This document shows, piece after piece, positions 1 through 13,404 of a stretch of 64,000 bases of DNA (the first letter of the stretch is position 1; every line of letters starts with the position of its first letter). Below the pieces are notes generated by a model. The model did no database searches, was not told the DNA's origin, and worked only from the letters and a program-made list of their open reading frames with translations. The translations under genes were made by a program, and so were the position numbers. Origin of the DNA: Octopus sinensis (lineage: Eukaryota); assembly GCF_006345805.1 (NCBI RefSeq), contig NC_042998.1, positions 97,588,001 through 97,652,000 of the forward strand. Direction: 5' to 3'.

Positions 1-1929
1 ACCCCAGCACTAGTTGTCAGCTTCATAATTCATTAACTTATAACAGAATGAATGACAGGACTGACTGTGGCTTGATTTGAACTCAAAGTGCCGAGACCCA
101 GAAGGAATACTGCAAAACATTTCATCTAATGCTCAAGTGACTCTGCCAATTAGTGGTCATAACTGGAACAATTTTGATTGGAGTTCTGCTTGGTCAAGGT
201 TTACCTGAGTTTAAACAATTCATTCTGTGCAGGGTCATCTGAATGCCACAAAATATAAATAATGCAAGTCACCTTTCACCACCTTAAGGGAAGACACCAT
301 TATAGAATTGGCAGCTGAAGATATTGATACACTAGCATAGCTAAAAGGGATGTGTAATTCACCCAGGATGACATGTTTTGGGGGTGTGGCACTTTACATA
401 TGTATCATGTTGTCTTTTTCAAGGACTGCCCTGGGTGGTACAAAATCTGGCTACACCATTCTATTGATGTGACTTGTTGCTGTAGAACAGATGTGTAATG
501 AAATTATACACAATGAGGAACAGATCAACTCAGTGTTTATATTCAACAGACTTTTTATAACTGCTCCACTGAGATTCTGTTCGGTTCATTTTTCCCTTTA
601 TCAAAGACCACCCCTGATAACAGTGAAGTTAATTTCCCCTATGAGTTTGCTTTCAGTGACTCATTCTCCTCATCAACCTCAGCACATATTGTCTGGCATC
701 AACAATAGTTGATCTTAGAGATGTCTTAAAGCTCACTGTTAACAAGTAGGTGCCAAATGATACTTTGAACAGTTGGTAATTAGTAGGGTAATTAAATGAT
801 ACTGAGTAATTGTGGCCTCTGATTTGCTGGATCCTTACATACTTGTGAACTGATTGTGTAATACCAAGCCCAAACAAAGAGTTGAGGTAAAATGCATATT
901 ATAGTAGATTCTTAGCTCTTTACCATCATTTGCATATTGATTAATAATGGCAGATGATGAGCTGATTAAAAAAAGATTGTTAACCAGCATTTATAGGCAA
1001 TGAATTGGCAGAGTTGTGAGAGTACCAGATAAAATGCATTGCACTGTTTATTCAACCTAGTTGTGTTCTGAGTTCAAATCCTGCTGAAGTCAACACTACC
1101 TTTTACTCTTCTGGGGTCAATAGACAAAGTACTAGTCAGGAGCAGTGAGCTGGCAGAAACATTAGAATGTTAAACAGGATGCTTTGCTGCATTTGTTCTT
1201 GTTCTGCATGTTCTGTAGCCTACTTAAGTGGTAGATTTAATCCACCAGCTGGTTTAACACACCCACTTCGTCCTTGGGTACCTTTAATGGAGCCCATTTT
1301 GTAGCATGGGGCCAGGCCTTGAGGTTGAGGAAATTCTCTTTCCCTTCTCCTACCAGTCTCAGGTGTCCTGGGTAGGAGATGTGGGTATTATTAACAGCCA
1401 AGTCTTTGCTGCTATTGTCTCCTTTGGGGTAAGACAATTTGGCGTGGTTGTTTGGAGGCTGACAATTTGGCACAGCTGGCTGGTGAGACAACCTGTTTTG
1501 GTAATAGTACATTTTGATGTGAAGAACAAAACACACAGACACGCATGTGCGCGCACACATACATCATACAGACACACAAAGACATGCATGCACAGATATA
1601 TACATATACAAAAATTGAGAAAGATATACATACATACAAACATAACTAGATGCTCACACATAAACAGACAGAGAGAAAAGGAAAACGAGAACAAGAGAAA
1701 CATTAAAATAAGAAAAACACTAAAATGTCTAATGTCAAATAAATCGCATTAAATCAGCAATGCCAAATAAGCACTGCTGTACCACATCTCATAACCTGTT
1801 TACTTATACATCATGTCAGCTATAACTGATAACTGCCAGAGTAACATGAACAATTTAAGTTCAAGTAATGGGTAAGTACATCAATACCTATTGAGTCAAG
1901 TACATCAACATCAAAATAAAAATCAAATG

Positions 1930-2275
1930 GAAATTATGGTTGTGATGCCCATGCCGATGGCTCGTAAAAAGCACCATCCAAACATGGCCGATGCCCGCAC
2001 TGCCTTGACTGGCTTCCGTGCCGGATGCATGTAAAAAGCACCAACCAATCATGGCCGTTGCCAGCCTCCCCTGGCACTTGTGCCAGTAGCACGTAAAACG
2101 CACCCACTACACTCACGGAGTGGTTGGTGTTAGAAAGGGCATCCAGCTGTAGAAACACTGCTAGATCAGACTGGAGCCTGGTACAGCCTCCTGGCTTCCT
2201 AGACACCTGTCGAACCGTCCAACCCATGCTAGCATGGAAAACAGACATTAAACAATGATGATGATGATGATGATG
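1930..2275 (+). mobile_element. RTE-associated non-autonomous retroelement (family C), 3' part with (GAT)n tail
   Basis: Internal ~60-nt repeats (gcacgtaaaaagcacc), then ggttggtgttagaaagggcatccagctgtagaaac...catgctagcatggaaa...attaaac and a (gat)n tail; many homologous copies in the window. Confidence 0.75.
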
Positions 2276-2306
2276 TGTATATAATAATAGTTATGGAGAC
2301 TCACAC

Positions 2307-2363
2307 ACAGGACTTCAAATTTCTGCATCAACAAAACAATGACCACTACACTTCTTCAACTGT
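2307..2363 (-). ncRNA. Decayed minimal type I hammerhead ribozyme motif (C3 to U)
   Basis: Minus strand reads acag-TTGAAGA-a-gtgt...atgc-a-GAA-attt-g-aagt-C-ctgt; stem I acag/ctgt, GUC triplet. Confidence 0.55.
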
Positions 2364-2420
2364 TCTAAGTTAAATTTTTGTGGGTTTGTAATTGATGATG
2401 TTAAGAGCACTGGGCTTACG

Positions 2421-2477
2421 ACAACTGAAGAAGTGTGACAATCATCAGATTGTTGACACAAAAACTTGAAGTCCTGT
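2421..2477 (+). ncRNA. Decayed minimal type I hammerhead ribozyme motif (G12 to A)
   Basis: acaa-CTGAAGA-a-gtgt-gacaatc-atca-gattgtt-g-acac-a-AAA-actt-g-aagt-C-ctgt; long stem II, stem III actt/aagt, GUC triplet. Confidence 0.6.
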
Positions 2478-2964
2478 ACATGAGTCTCCATAACAGTATC
2501 ATTCAATAAATATAGTCCTCTATATCCAATGATATTGCAGTCTAAATATTTTGTCATCGCATGCAGTTTGTCAATATATATGTAGATATATCTGAGGTCC
2601 CGGTAGGATACAAAGGTAGGGTATTTCCAGAGAAGCACTCAACCTGAGTTGAGCACTGTTGGATTCTAGACTAATGCCAAAATTAGTCAAGTGTAGAAAA
2701 TCTTGGTTTCATGATGGTAAAACCATGGTGTGGATGTGGCAAAGAGCAAATTATAATTTGAATAATAAGACAAATAAACACTTTAACACATTTTTAATAA
2801 TTTATTAAAATTGTTTCTGTACCAATTCTTCTAGTGATGCCAGTTTACGCAAAAATTCAAAGTTAAAATTTTTGCATAAACTGCCATCACAAGCAAAATT
2901 GATACAGAAATGATTGTAATGAATCATTAAAGATGTGTTAAAGGAACTTTTTGTCTTATTATTT

Positions 2965-3029
<65 letters not shown>

Positions 3030-3039
3030 TTTCATTTGT

Positions 3040-3278
3040 ACTTGTTTCAGATATTTTACTGCAGCCATGCTGGAGCAGTGCCTTTAGTTGAGCAAATCGA
3101 ACCCAGGACTTATTCTATGTAAGCCTAGTACTTATTCTATTGGTCGTTTTTGCTGAACTGCTAAGTTACGCGTATGTAAATACACCAGCATCAGTTGTCA
3201 AGCGAGATTGGGGTGACAAACACACAAACACACAAACGTATACACACACATATATATATGTATGTATGTATATATATG

Positions 3279-3310
<32 letters not shown>

Positions 3311-3476
3311 TATATATACAACAGGCTTCTTTCAGTTTCCGTCTACCAAATCTACTCTCAGGGCTTTGGTGGGCCCAAGGTTATAGTAGAAGACACTTGT
3401 CCAAGGTGCCATGCAGTAGGACTGAACACAGAACCATGTGATTGGTAAGCAAGCTACTTACCACACAGCCACTCCT
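3040..3476 (-). mobile_element. tRNA-derived SINE (family A), near full length
   Basis: Minus-strand head aggagtggctgtgtggtaagtagcttgcttacc with A/B-box-like motifs, ccttgggcaag-type core, internal (CA/TA)n and 3' part ending tgaaacaagt. Confidence 0.85.
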
Positions 3477-3477
3477 A

Positions 3478-3552
3478 GACAGATAGATAGATAGACAGAT
3501 AATTAGATAGATAGATAGATAGACAGACAGACAAACAGATAGACAGACAAAC

Positions 3553-3623
<71 letters not shown>

Positions 3624-3632
3624 CAGATAGAT
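3478..3632. repeat. (GATA/GACA)n microsatellite
   Basis: Tetranucleotide array seen directly. Confidence 0.95.
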
Positions 3633-4350
3633 AGAGGGGGAGGGACAGAGAGGAAGGGAAGGAAGGAAGGAGAGCGAGAGAATCTACAATGATGAGTACT
3701 AAGCGAAATCTAAGGAATGGATGGCCTGTGCATTGCAGTTCAGGGTCCCAGTTTACTCATAGAAATTTCATATTTTGGTTTACAGTCAGAAGATTATATA
3801 GACTATGAGGCAGGAAGGAAATATATAATTCAAAAGATGCTATAAAGGGCATGTGTACTCAAATGTTTCTCTTTAGCCTTAATGTAAGGTGAGTAAAACC
3901 AGCTATTATTGAAATTTGTTCACAGCTCTTACACACATACATATATAATTCTGTGTGTGTGTGTATGTGTGTGTGTGTGTGCGCGTGCATGCGTGTGTGT
4001 GTATGTATATACATATATATGTGTGTGTGTATGTATATACATATATGTGTGTGTGTGTATGTGTTTCAGTGTATGTATGCATGTATGTTAAGTTAAGAAA
4101 TCCTCAACTTGAAATGTAAGCACAATCTATTATCTTAGTATCTCCTTTATTTGCACAAGCTATACACACCTATTGTGTGTGAGTGTGTGCCTGTGTGTAT
4201 ACACACACATATCTGCATACACATATTCTTACACACATACTCACACACGCATATGTATAGACATACTCATCCTCATTATAATCCTCATACATCATATATG
4301 TATATATTTATATATATATATAATATATATATATATATCATCATCATCAT

Positions 4351-4417
<67 letters not shown>

Positions 4418-4464
4418 GTTTATGTATATATATATATATATGTACATATGTATATAGATATGTG

Positions 4465-4502
<38 letters not shown>

Positions 4503-5626
4503 TACATATATATGTGTGTGTTTGCAAGTCTGTGTATTTGTGTGTATGAATGTACATCTCTATGTATGAGTGTGGATAGATAAATAGATAGGAAGTCTAT
4601 TTTACATCCATTTCTCATTCTCCACAATAGCACGATTCCAAAGGCATTTGGAAACATCTGTATATTGTTAAAGCAAGATGTCATTTTACAGCTGGATGCT
4701 CTTCCTACAGCAAACATGTTGGAGTAAATCATGTTAATAGTCAGTCAGTCAGCAGCAGGGAGTGAGTAATACATTATTCCAAAGAGCACAGCACAATAAC
4801 TCTATTCACGTTAGAATTTGAGGCTATATAATCAAAGATCCTGTACAGTAATACAGCAAGATTTTGCTGCCTTGCAACAAATTCTATAAATAGATCAGAA
4901 GTTGTTGTCATCGTTGTTGTTGTAACCTCCGTGTTACTGAGAGCACTCAGGACTTGTAGGAACTCCATGACTAGGAATGCATGGGGGAGATGACATGGCT
5001 AATGTAAGAAGCCAGACATTGAGTTATCTTCACCTAAGTGAGATGCTGTAATACTATAACATTTTAAAAGCCATAAGAATCATCGTTATCAGAAATGCTT
5101 AGCAGTATTTCGCTTATTGCTACATTCAGGGTTCAAATTCTGCCAAGGTCAACTTTGCCGTTCATCATTCCAGGGTCGATAAATTAAGTACCAGTGAAAT
5201 TCTGGAGTCAATGTAATTGATTAGTCCCCTCTCCCAAAATTTCAGGCCTTGTGCCTATAATAGGAAGGATTATTGCCATTGTCATCATCATCATCACCAT
5301 CATTGTTATGGCATTATCATTTTAATGTCTATTTTTTTTATGCAACCATGGTTCAAACAGAATTCATTGAGGCAGATTTTTCTTTGGCCAGATGCCCTTC
5401 CTGTTGCTAACCCATGTTTCCCAAGCAGGGTAACTGTTCCCAAATAGTCTGCCATGCTTCCACAGAAGATTGAAAATGAATAACACTGCTAGCGTGAAGG
5501 TGATATTTTTCTACAACTATTGTACGATGCCAAGACAAGAGAATACAAACATACATGCACATACATCTTTCAATCTCTCTCTTTTTCTCTCTCTCTCTCT
5601 CTCCCTCTCTCTTGTTCTCTATCTCT

Positions 5627-5642
5627 CTGTCTATCTATCTGC

Positions 5643-5708
<66 letters not shown>

Positions 5709-5730
5709 GTCTATCTATTTATCAATCTAC

Positions 5731-5766
<36 letters not shown>

Positions 5767-5785
5767 TTATCTATCTATCTATGTC
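5627..5785. repeat. (TCTA)n microsatellite
   Basis: Tetranucleotide array seen directly; source of the LSIY-repeat ORFs. Confidence 0.95.
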
Positions 5786-6541
5786 TATGTATGCATAAAC
5801 AATAGGCTTCTTTTAGCTTCTGCCTACCAGACCCAGTCAGAAGTCTTGGGAAGGCCTAAAGGTTATAGTAGAAGACACTTACCAAAAGTGCCATGCAGTG
5901 GGACTGAACCTGGAACCATGTGGTCGGGAAGCAAACTTCTTAACCACACCACGATGTCTGTGTCTATTGAAAAACTGAATATAAAACTGAAATGTAAAGT
6001 TCCATGTTAATAAACTCCTGGTGCTGTATCAATATCCTCAAATTAAAGGTGAAAGAAATAATCCAATATCATAAATATAAAGATCATTCATGTTGTTCAT
6101 ACAACATACATCTATTTTTTCATGCTAGCATGGGTTGGGTGAGTACATATTATTGCAGAAGTGTTTTACACACTGATGCTCATCCTGTCACTAACTCTTA
6201 CCTGTTTTGCAAATAAGTGGCTTCTATTTCACTTGTCTTTGAAAGCACTAAGCTATAAGATTTGCTGACAGGGAAATGTTAAGAAACATCACCATTCTTA
6301 GCTCAATGCTTTCATGTGAAGACACAGAATGAAGACATCCATAAATACTCACACACACATACATACATATATGTTCATGCACACATGCATGTACACACAT
6401 ATCCATGCACATGTGCACACACATACATGCATGCATATACACACAATACATACATACACACACATACACAGGCACACACATGCACGCACACACACACACA
6501 TATACATGCATACACACATACATAACACATGCAGGCATGTG

Positions 6542-6592
<51 letters not shown>

Positions 6593-7071
6593 GTTCCAAA
6601 CATTTTCAGTTTACCAATTCCACTCACATTGCATTGGTCAACCTGAGGTTACGGCAGAAGATACTTGCCCAAGGTGCCACACACTGAGATAGAACTCAAG
6701 ACGAAATGATTACAAAGAGAGCTCCTTATCCATACACCCACAAATGCTGACACAAGCACAGGTGCATACATGCATTCACAAGAGACCCACCCACACAGAG
6801 TACACCAACATAAACTTTTGTTTTTATTTCAGTCACATTCATATTCTCATAAACCATCTTAGCCTCCCAATTCCAGCAGCTCATGTTTACATATACACTT
6901 ATGGGTGTGGTGTGTGTGTGTATGAGTGTGTGTATATGCATGTGTGCATATGTATGTGTGTGCATGTGTGTGTATGCTATGCATGTGTGTATTTGCGTGT
7001 GTGCTTGTGTGCATGTGTCCATGCGCATGTGTGTGTGTGTGTGCGTGTGTGTGCGTGTGTGTGTGTGTATT

Positions 7072-7135
<64 letters not shown>

Positions 7136-7539
7136 CATGTGTTCAGGGAACAACTTTCCTTTCAATCATGATGTATTGAAAACATGCCTATCATTGTTTT
7201 CATGTCTACCTTTTTATGTTTGCATTGATCCAACAGAATTTTTTAAGGCAGATTTTCTACAGGTGGATGCCTTTCCTGTTGCCAACATTCACCTGTTTCC
7301 AAGTAAGGTAATATTTCCCCATGACCAGATATATTTTCATAGCAGATTGGAAATGAAGAACACTTCTTATATGATGGTGATACTTGTTTACAACTGTCTT
7401 ACAGTGTCAAGAGAAGGAGACACTAAAACATACACACACATACATGCATATCTATCTATTTATCTATCTATCTATACATACATACATACATACATATATA
7501 TATATATGTATATATATATACATACATATATATACATAT

Positions 7540-7830
7540 CATCATCATCATCATCGTTTAACATCCGCATTTCCTGCTTGCATGGGTTGGACGGTTTGAC
7601 TGAGGGACTGGCAAGACAGAAGGCTGCACCAGGCTCCAATCCGATCTGGCAAAGTTTCTACAGCTGGATGCCCTTCCTAATGCCAACCACTCCGAGAGTG
7701 TAATGGGTGCTTTTTACATGCCACTAGCACAGAAGCCAGTCAGTGGGAACTGGCATCAACCATGTTCAGATGGTGCTTTTTATGTACCACCAGCACGGAA
7801 GCCAATCAGGCAGTACTGGCCATGGCTACA
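7540..7830 (-). mobile_element. Family C RTE-associated element
   Basis: (cat)n then cgtttaacatccgcatttcctgcttgcatgggttggacgg...ctggatgcccttcctaatgccaacc; reverse copy of 1930-2275. Confidence 0.75.
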
Positions 7831-8978
7831 ATTTTGATTTCGATAATATAAACACATACACATGCTTGCATTCACACTGACTCTTATATATGTATGAGTT
7901 GGCATTAGGAAAGACATTCAGTTATATAAACCAAGCCAAAAATAACACTGGAGCTCGCCACAGCCTTGCAGCTCACTGGTTCCTGTCTAACCATCTAACC
8001 CATGCCAGCTAGGAAAGCAGATGTTCAATAATGATGATGATGATGGCAACGACGACGATGACAAGAATATAGTGATGGCTCCTTTCAGTTTCCATCTACC
8101 AAATCTACTCAGCAGAGCTATAGTAGAAGACACTTGCCCAAATGCCAATGTCTGATCAACTTTATATCAATGACAGAGGAGTCACCTATGATATAACATA
8201 CAGATCACACACTCACACCTATTAACCCACCCACCCACACACACACACACAGAGGCTTCCACACAATTTCTGTTTCCCAAAATTCACACATAAGACATCA
8301 GTCAGCCCTACCCCATGCTGAAAGGCACTTGCCAAAGGTGCTACACAGTGGAAATGAACCTGAAGCTCTGTAGCTGCAAAATAAAAAGAATGTAAAAGAT
8401 GAAGATGGGATGTAGCCAGTCACTGCTGGATGTATCCCTCTTCATGTCAGAAGAGTTTTGGTCATAACACTGATTCATTAATGCTGCTCTGCTCACTTGA
8501 CTCTAACCAGGCACTCTGACAGTCTAAAAACTCATCTTTACAACATGGAATAGAGGGCCTTGACCAAGAATTCAGTGCACTTCTTGTGCTAGGAATTGAA
8601 CCTATAACCCTATGTCAGACAGCCCACTTGCTTTACCATTAGGCCACATGCCTTTTCAAGATATTTCATAACTGAACACAAATATCTATCTATAGTATTT
8701 TACTATCTCTTCAGTATCAGATGAAAATATGTGTCAATGCATGTCACTAAAATATGTTATATAAAAAGAACAATAAAGTTTGAAATTATACCCATGATGA
8801 TGATGATGATGAAGATGATGGCAGCAGGCAGCAACATTGGTTTGGCAGAGGGAGCAGGAGTGGGGAGTCAAGGATGATTATGCTGGGGGTAATGGTGGTG
8901 ATGACAGTTGTGGTGGTGATGAAACTATGGTATAGATGTAATAATAATGATAATTGCTAAACACACATGCACACAGAA

Positions 8979-8980
<2 letters not shown>

Positions 8981-9060
<80 letters not shown>

Positions 9061-9620
9061 TTGTATACATTTGTTATTCTTAGACAGGAATATTATTGAC
9101 AGGGACTTCAAAGTTTTGATCAGCTAAGCCATTGTCCAGTGATGAGTTAACTAGCCGAAACTTCAAAGTCACTGTCAATATTATTCTTGTTTCAGAATAA
9201 TAAATTTTTACTCTACAAAAGTATAGAGTAACCTATTAGGTTAATGTAAAACTGTTTTTATTGTAACTGAACATAAAAACAAACGTATACACACACACAC
9301 ACACACACACACACAAATACATACATAGTTACATAAATACATACATACACATACATACATACATACACACATACATATATACATACATACATACATGCAT
9401 GCATACATACATACATGCATGCATGCATGCATGCATACATACATACATACATACATACATACATACATACACACACACATGCATGCATGCATACATACAT
9501 ACATACATACATACATACATACATACTTGCATGCATACATACATACATACATACATACATACATACATACATACATACATGCATACATACATACATACAT
9601 ACACACATGCATGCATACAT
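8981..9620. repeat. (CA)n and (CATA/CATG)n microsatellite blocks (8981-9059, 9287-9620)
   Basis: Simple repeats seen directly; source of the MYVC and HTYI ORFs. Confidence 0.95.
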
Positions 9621-10084
9621 AATATTATCATAATATTATTTATGTAATGCATGCACTCCTTAATTTTTTACTGACATACATGCATACATACATAGATACA
9701 CATATATATATATGTATGTCCATACGTATGTATATCATCATCATCATTTAATGTCCATCTTTCATGCCAGCATGGGTTGGCCAGTTTGACCAGAGCTGGC
9801 AAGTAGGAGAGCTGCACCAGGTTCCAGTCTAATTTGGCTTAGTTTCTACAGCTGGACACCCTTCTTAATGCCAATCACTTTACAGTGTGTGCTGAATGCT
9901 TTTAACATGGCACCAGCACATGCACTTTTACATAGCACTGGCATGAGTGCTGTTTACGTGGCACCAGCACAGGGCTCTTGCAGGCTAATTCTCTTTATCA
10001 CAGACCTGTGAAGGACAGGTCTTCGTTGTTAATATCTTTGTTGTGTAGTGGCATAGTTTGGATATTTTGACATGATCCATTGGG

Positions 10085-10660
10085 TCTGTAACGGGAATTA
10101 GTTGCTTCTTGCACTTTTGGGGTGCAACTCGGGTGCATTAACAATTTCCGTTCCTTTAAATTTCCAGATTCTACCAGTCAAAGAACACAAACGCAACAGT
10201 AAAAATATATACTCTTTATTTTTCTTATAACAGTAAGAAATAAGGTGGTATATTTGGTTCCACTTGGTATGGATGTGGCAAGGCTGAAACTTTAACGCTT
10301 GTAAGTATCTTACAAGTTCAGCAGCAACAGAGCTGGTCAAATATGGCGTCCTTAGTGGCGAAGTAAATATGGTCTGCAACAATGTCTGGTGGAAAGCCTT
10401 CTGCCAACTGCTGTCCGTGTCTCCGGAATCCTTTGGTTAAGGTTTTACCTTCCAACGCCTCCTGTCAGCTAAATGCCACATCATCATTCCCTTCTTCCGG
10501 TCTTCGCACATGCGCGAGAAGGCACTTACCCTCTGCCTTTCCAGAAGGCTCCAACCCCGCACACGCGAACTGAAGTGGCGTTGCGCGCGCGCGCTGTTGG
10601 ATAGCGTCACTACAGGTCTAAGGGCTGCATTATGGCCCACTGTCTCTTTTGGTATGGCGT
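10085..10660. promoter_or_regulatory. CpG-rich promoter-like island
   Basis: Many intact CpGs in an otherwise CpG-depleted window. Motifs: YY1-like aaATATGGCGtc (~10341), ETS-like CTTCCGG (~10494), NRF1-like cgcacatgcgcg (~10506), (cg)n run near 10585. Not a recognised repeat. Confidence 0.6.
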
Positions 10661-11450
10661 TTTCAGCTGGTTGCTCTTCATAACACAACCACTTTACAGC
10701 ACATAATGGTGCCTTTTTATAGCACCAGAACTATTGGTAACCATGCAGCTTGCAAGACTATGGACCATGGGAGAGAAGGACTTTATGCTAGACCCCAAGA
10801 ACGGTTGCTTTATGCTGGGAGATAGGGGGATGAAGTAGGAAAGAAGAGAAAAGTAGAGAACAGGTTTCTTGCTGCAGAAGGGCTACATAGCTACCCACAT
10901 GTTAGAAGACATGGTGGGGATGATTGGGATGGAGTGAAGAAGGGATAAAACTAGTGGTGTTAAGGTGTCTGTGAGGACTCTTAATGTACAAGGTGAATAG
11001 AAGTGAATGGAGACAAACGAACCAGGAGTGCAGATGGGTGGTGATTGCAAGACTGTATCAGAGATTGAGAGATGGGGAAAGAATGAAGCAGTGGATATGA
11101 TGAATGAAGAATAAGTGTTCAATGGCTGATAAATAGGGGAGGGTAGGTGACAACTATAGAGATTGGATAGGGTTGAAGGATAGACGAAGTGAATGGTGGT
11201 TAGGGGGCAGAAATGACCAATGATGATGGAGGTAAAAAAGTGCAGAATTGTAATGATGATAAAGTAGACTAGAGAAAGGTGTGTGAGAGAAACAGGTGGG
11301 ATGGTTGGTTGCGAGATTGTGGGAGGAGAGAGATGCAAGCATAGTGCATGGGGAGAGTGAGAAATGTATAGTGGTGGAGAAGGTGAGATGTGTTGAGGGT
11401 GGGCAATGTAATATGTGGATGAAGAAAACAGTATTAAGGATGAGGGTGGA
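10660..11450 (-). mobile_element. Long copy of family C / RTE-associated element with pyrimidine-rich 5' region
   Basis: Left end matches the family C core (aagtggttg...gaagagcaaccagctg on minus) and runs continuously into a purine-rich (plus strand) segment. Confidence 0.5.
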
Positions 11451-11898
11451 TATAGAGTGAAATGGTTCTGAGTTGTGGCATCAAGAAAAAACTTCAGTTA
11501 GACAAAGGGATATGGACGTGGTGGAGGTACCTCGTGGAAGGAATTTGGACAAAGGTCTCAGTGTACATATATGTACACACATATAGTACATATATGTGTG
11601 TATATATACTCACAGCATATAGTGTTGATGAATTGGGTAGGTTTTCTCAAGAATTTAGTGTTGATGAATTGGGCTGGTTTTCTCAAGAACCACCTATCAC
11701 CTGTCGTTCTGGCTCCTTGTCATCTCTGTTAGGTTCAAGTTCCTGAGAGCAGCCTTCACCAATTCACCCACATGATTTCCTGGGTTCCATTATTCTGCAA
11801 GACCCATCAGCATTAAGTGATTGGTACTTCTTTACTCAGCTATATTATTATGTGTGTGTGTATATATATAATCATATATATATGTGTGTGTGTGTGTG

Positions 11899-11932
<34 letters not shown>

Positions 11933-12093
11933 ATGTATGTATGTATGTATGTATGTATGTATATATATATATGTCTGGTGTAGCTCCCCAGCTTGCCAGC
12001 TCTGGTCAAACTGTCCAACCCATGCCAGCATGGACAACAAACATTAAATGATGATGATGATGATGATATATATGTATATATGTATGTATGCAC

Positions 12094-12128
<35 letters not shown>

Positions 12129-13164
12129 TATATATTTACTTATATATATGTATATAAATATATAGATATATATATATACATACACATGCACACATATATA
12201 CATGCATACATACACACATGCACACAAATATACATACATACATGCACACATACATACATACATACATACATACATACATACATACATACATACATACATA
12301 CATACATACATACATACATACATACATAGATTCTATGTTTATTCTATGTTTAATGATACCAATTAATAAACTAGACAGCAGTTATTTAATAAAAAGAAAA
12401 AGAATTCAAGAAATCTTTTTAATTTCTATGACTATTTTTTAAACTTGCAAAAAATCTTTTAGAAAATTTTTTTTAATGTTTGTGCAAATATTTTTTTTTA
12501 TATTTTGAGCCCTTCGTAAAAACAAAAAAAATAAAATAAATTGCAATTTTCTGACTCTGCAACTATTTGGAAATAACTTCCTATCCACGTCTTGTAATTG
12601 CAATTGAGACTCTGCTATTTGTGTTGTTATCTTGACAGCCTGCTTTCATCAGCAAACAGTTGAATTGAAACCACTAGAGACATGTTCTGTCCCCTTTTCA
12701 TCTAAATTTATCTCAAAGAAGGGAGTCACTGATTCACCAGATAAATATATATACGCACAGTGTGGCGGTGAAATGGAATGGGAGTAATTGTTTTAACTCT
12801 AAGATAAATCTAATTTGAATATATGTTATCATTATACTTCCAAAGATTTAATTGTTTATTTACAGAAGCTCTTTACCCCCACAACTGTGTGAACATCTTG
12901 CACTTTTAATTAATCATTTATTCCATTCATGTTGATGAATATTTTATAATGAATTGAGTTTTCTTAAATTAATGGAATTTGAAGTATGTTTATTTAGACA
13001 AGTATCATAAGAAGTCAATATTTTAATTATATAAGAAACAAGTGAATGAATGTGTTTACAAAAATATTTTTTTCTTTTATCTTTTAGCTTTCACTTGTTT
13101 CAGTCATTAGACTGGCCATGCTGGGGCACCACCTTGGAGAACTTTAAGTCAAATGAATTGACTC

Positions 13165-13372
13165 TTTTACTTTACTTGTTTCAGTAATTTGACTGTGGCC
13201 ATGCTGGAGCACCACCTTTAGTCGAATCAAATCGACCCCAAGACTTATTCTTTGTAAGCCTAGTACTTATTCTATCGGTCTCTTTTGCTGAACCACTAAG
13301 TTACAGGGACCTAAACACACCATCATCGGTTGTTAAGCGATGTTGGGGGACAAACACAGATACACAACATAT

Positions 13373-13404
<32 letters not shown>

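Larger units (their letters stand above)
2290..2494. repeat. Fold-back element: ~80-bp inverted arms (2290-2369, 2415-2494), 45-bp spacer
   Basis: gttatggagactcacacacaggacttcaaattt... is the reverse complement of ...aaacttgaagtcctgtacatgagtctccataac. Confidence 0.9.

Noticed and set aside
3876-3887. Possible 12-nt microexon (ctctttag|ccttaatgtaag|gtgagt)
   Set aside because: The splice signals are good but there is no supporting neighbouring exon; too short to distinguish from chance
4774-4968. Minus-strand ORF MEFLQVLSALSNTEV...LCSLE
   Set aside because: Short, partly a (caa/gtt)n repeat, with no recognisable homology or firm splice sites
3909-9652. Many long ORFs rich in [16 protein letters not shown] and LSIY (also elsewhere in the window)
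   Set aside because: They are translations of microsatellites with no coding signal
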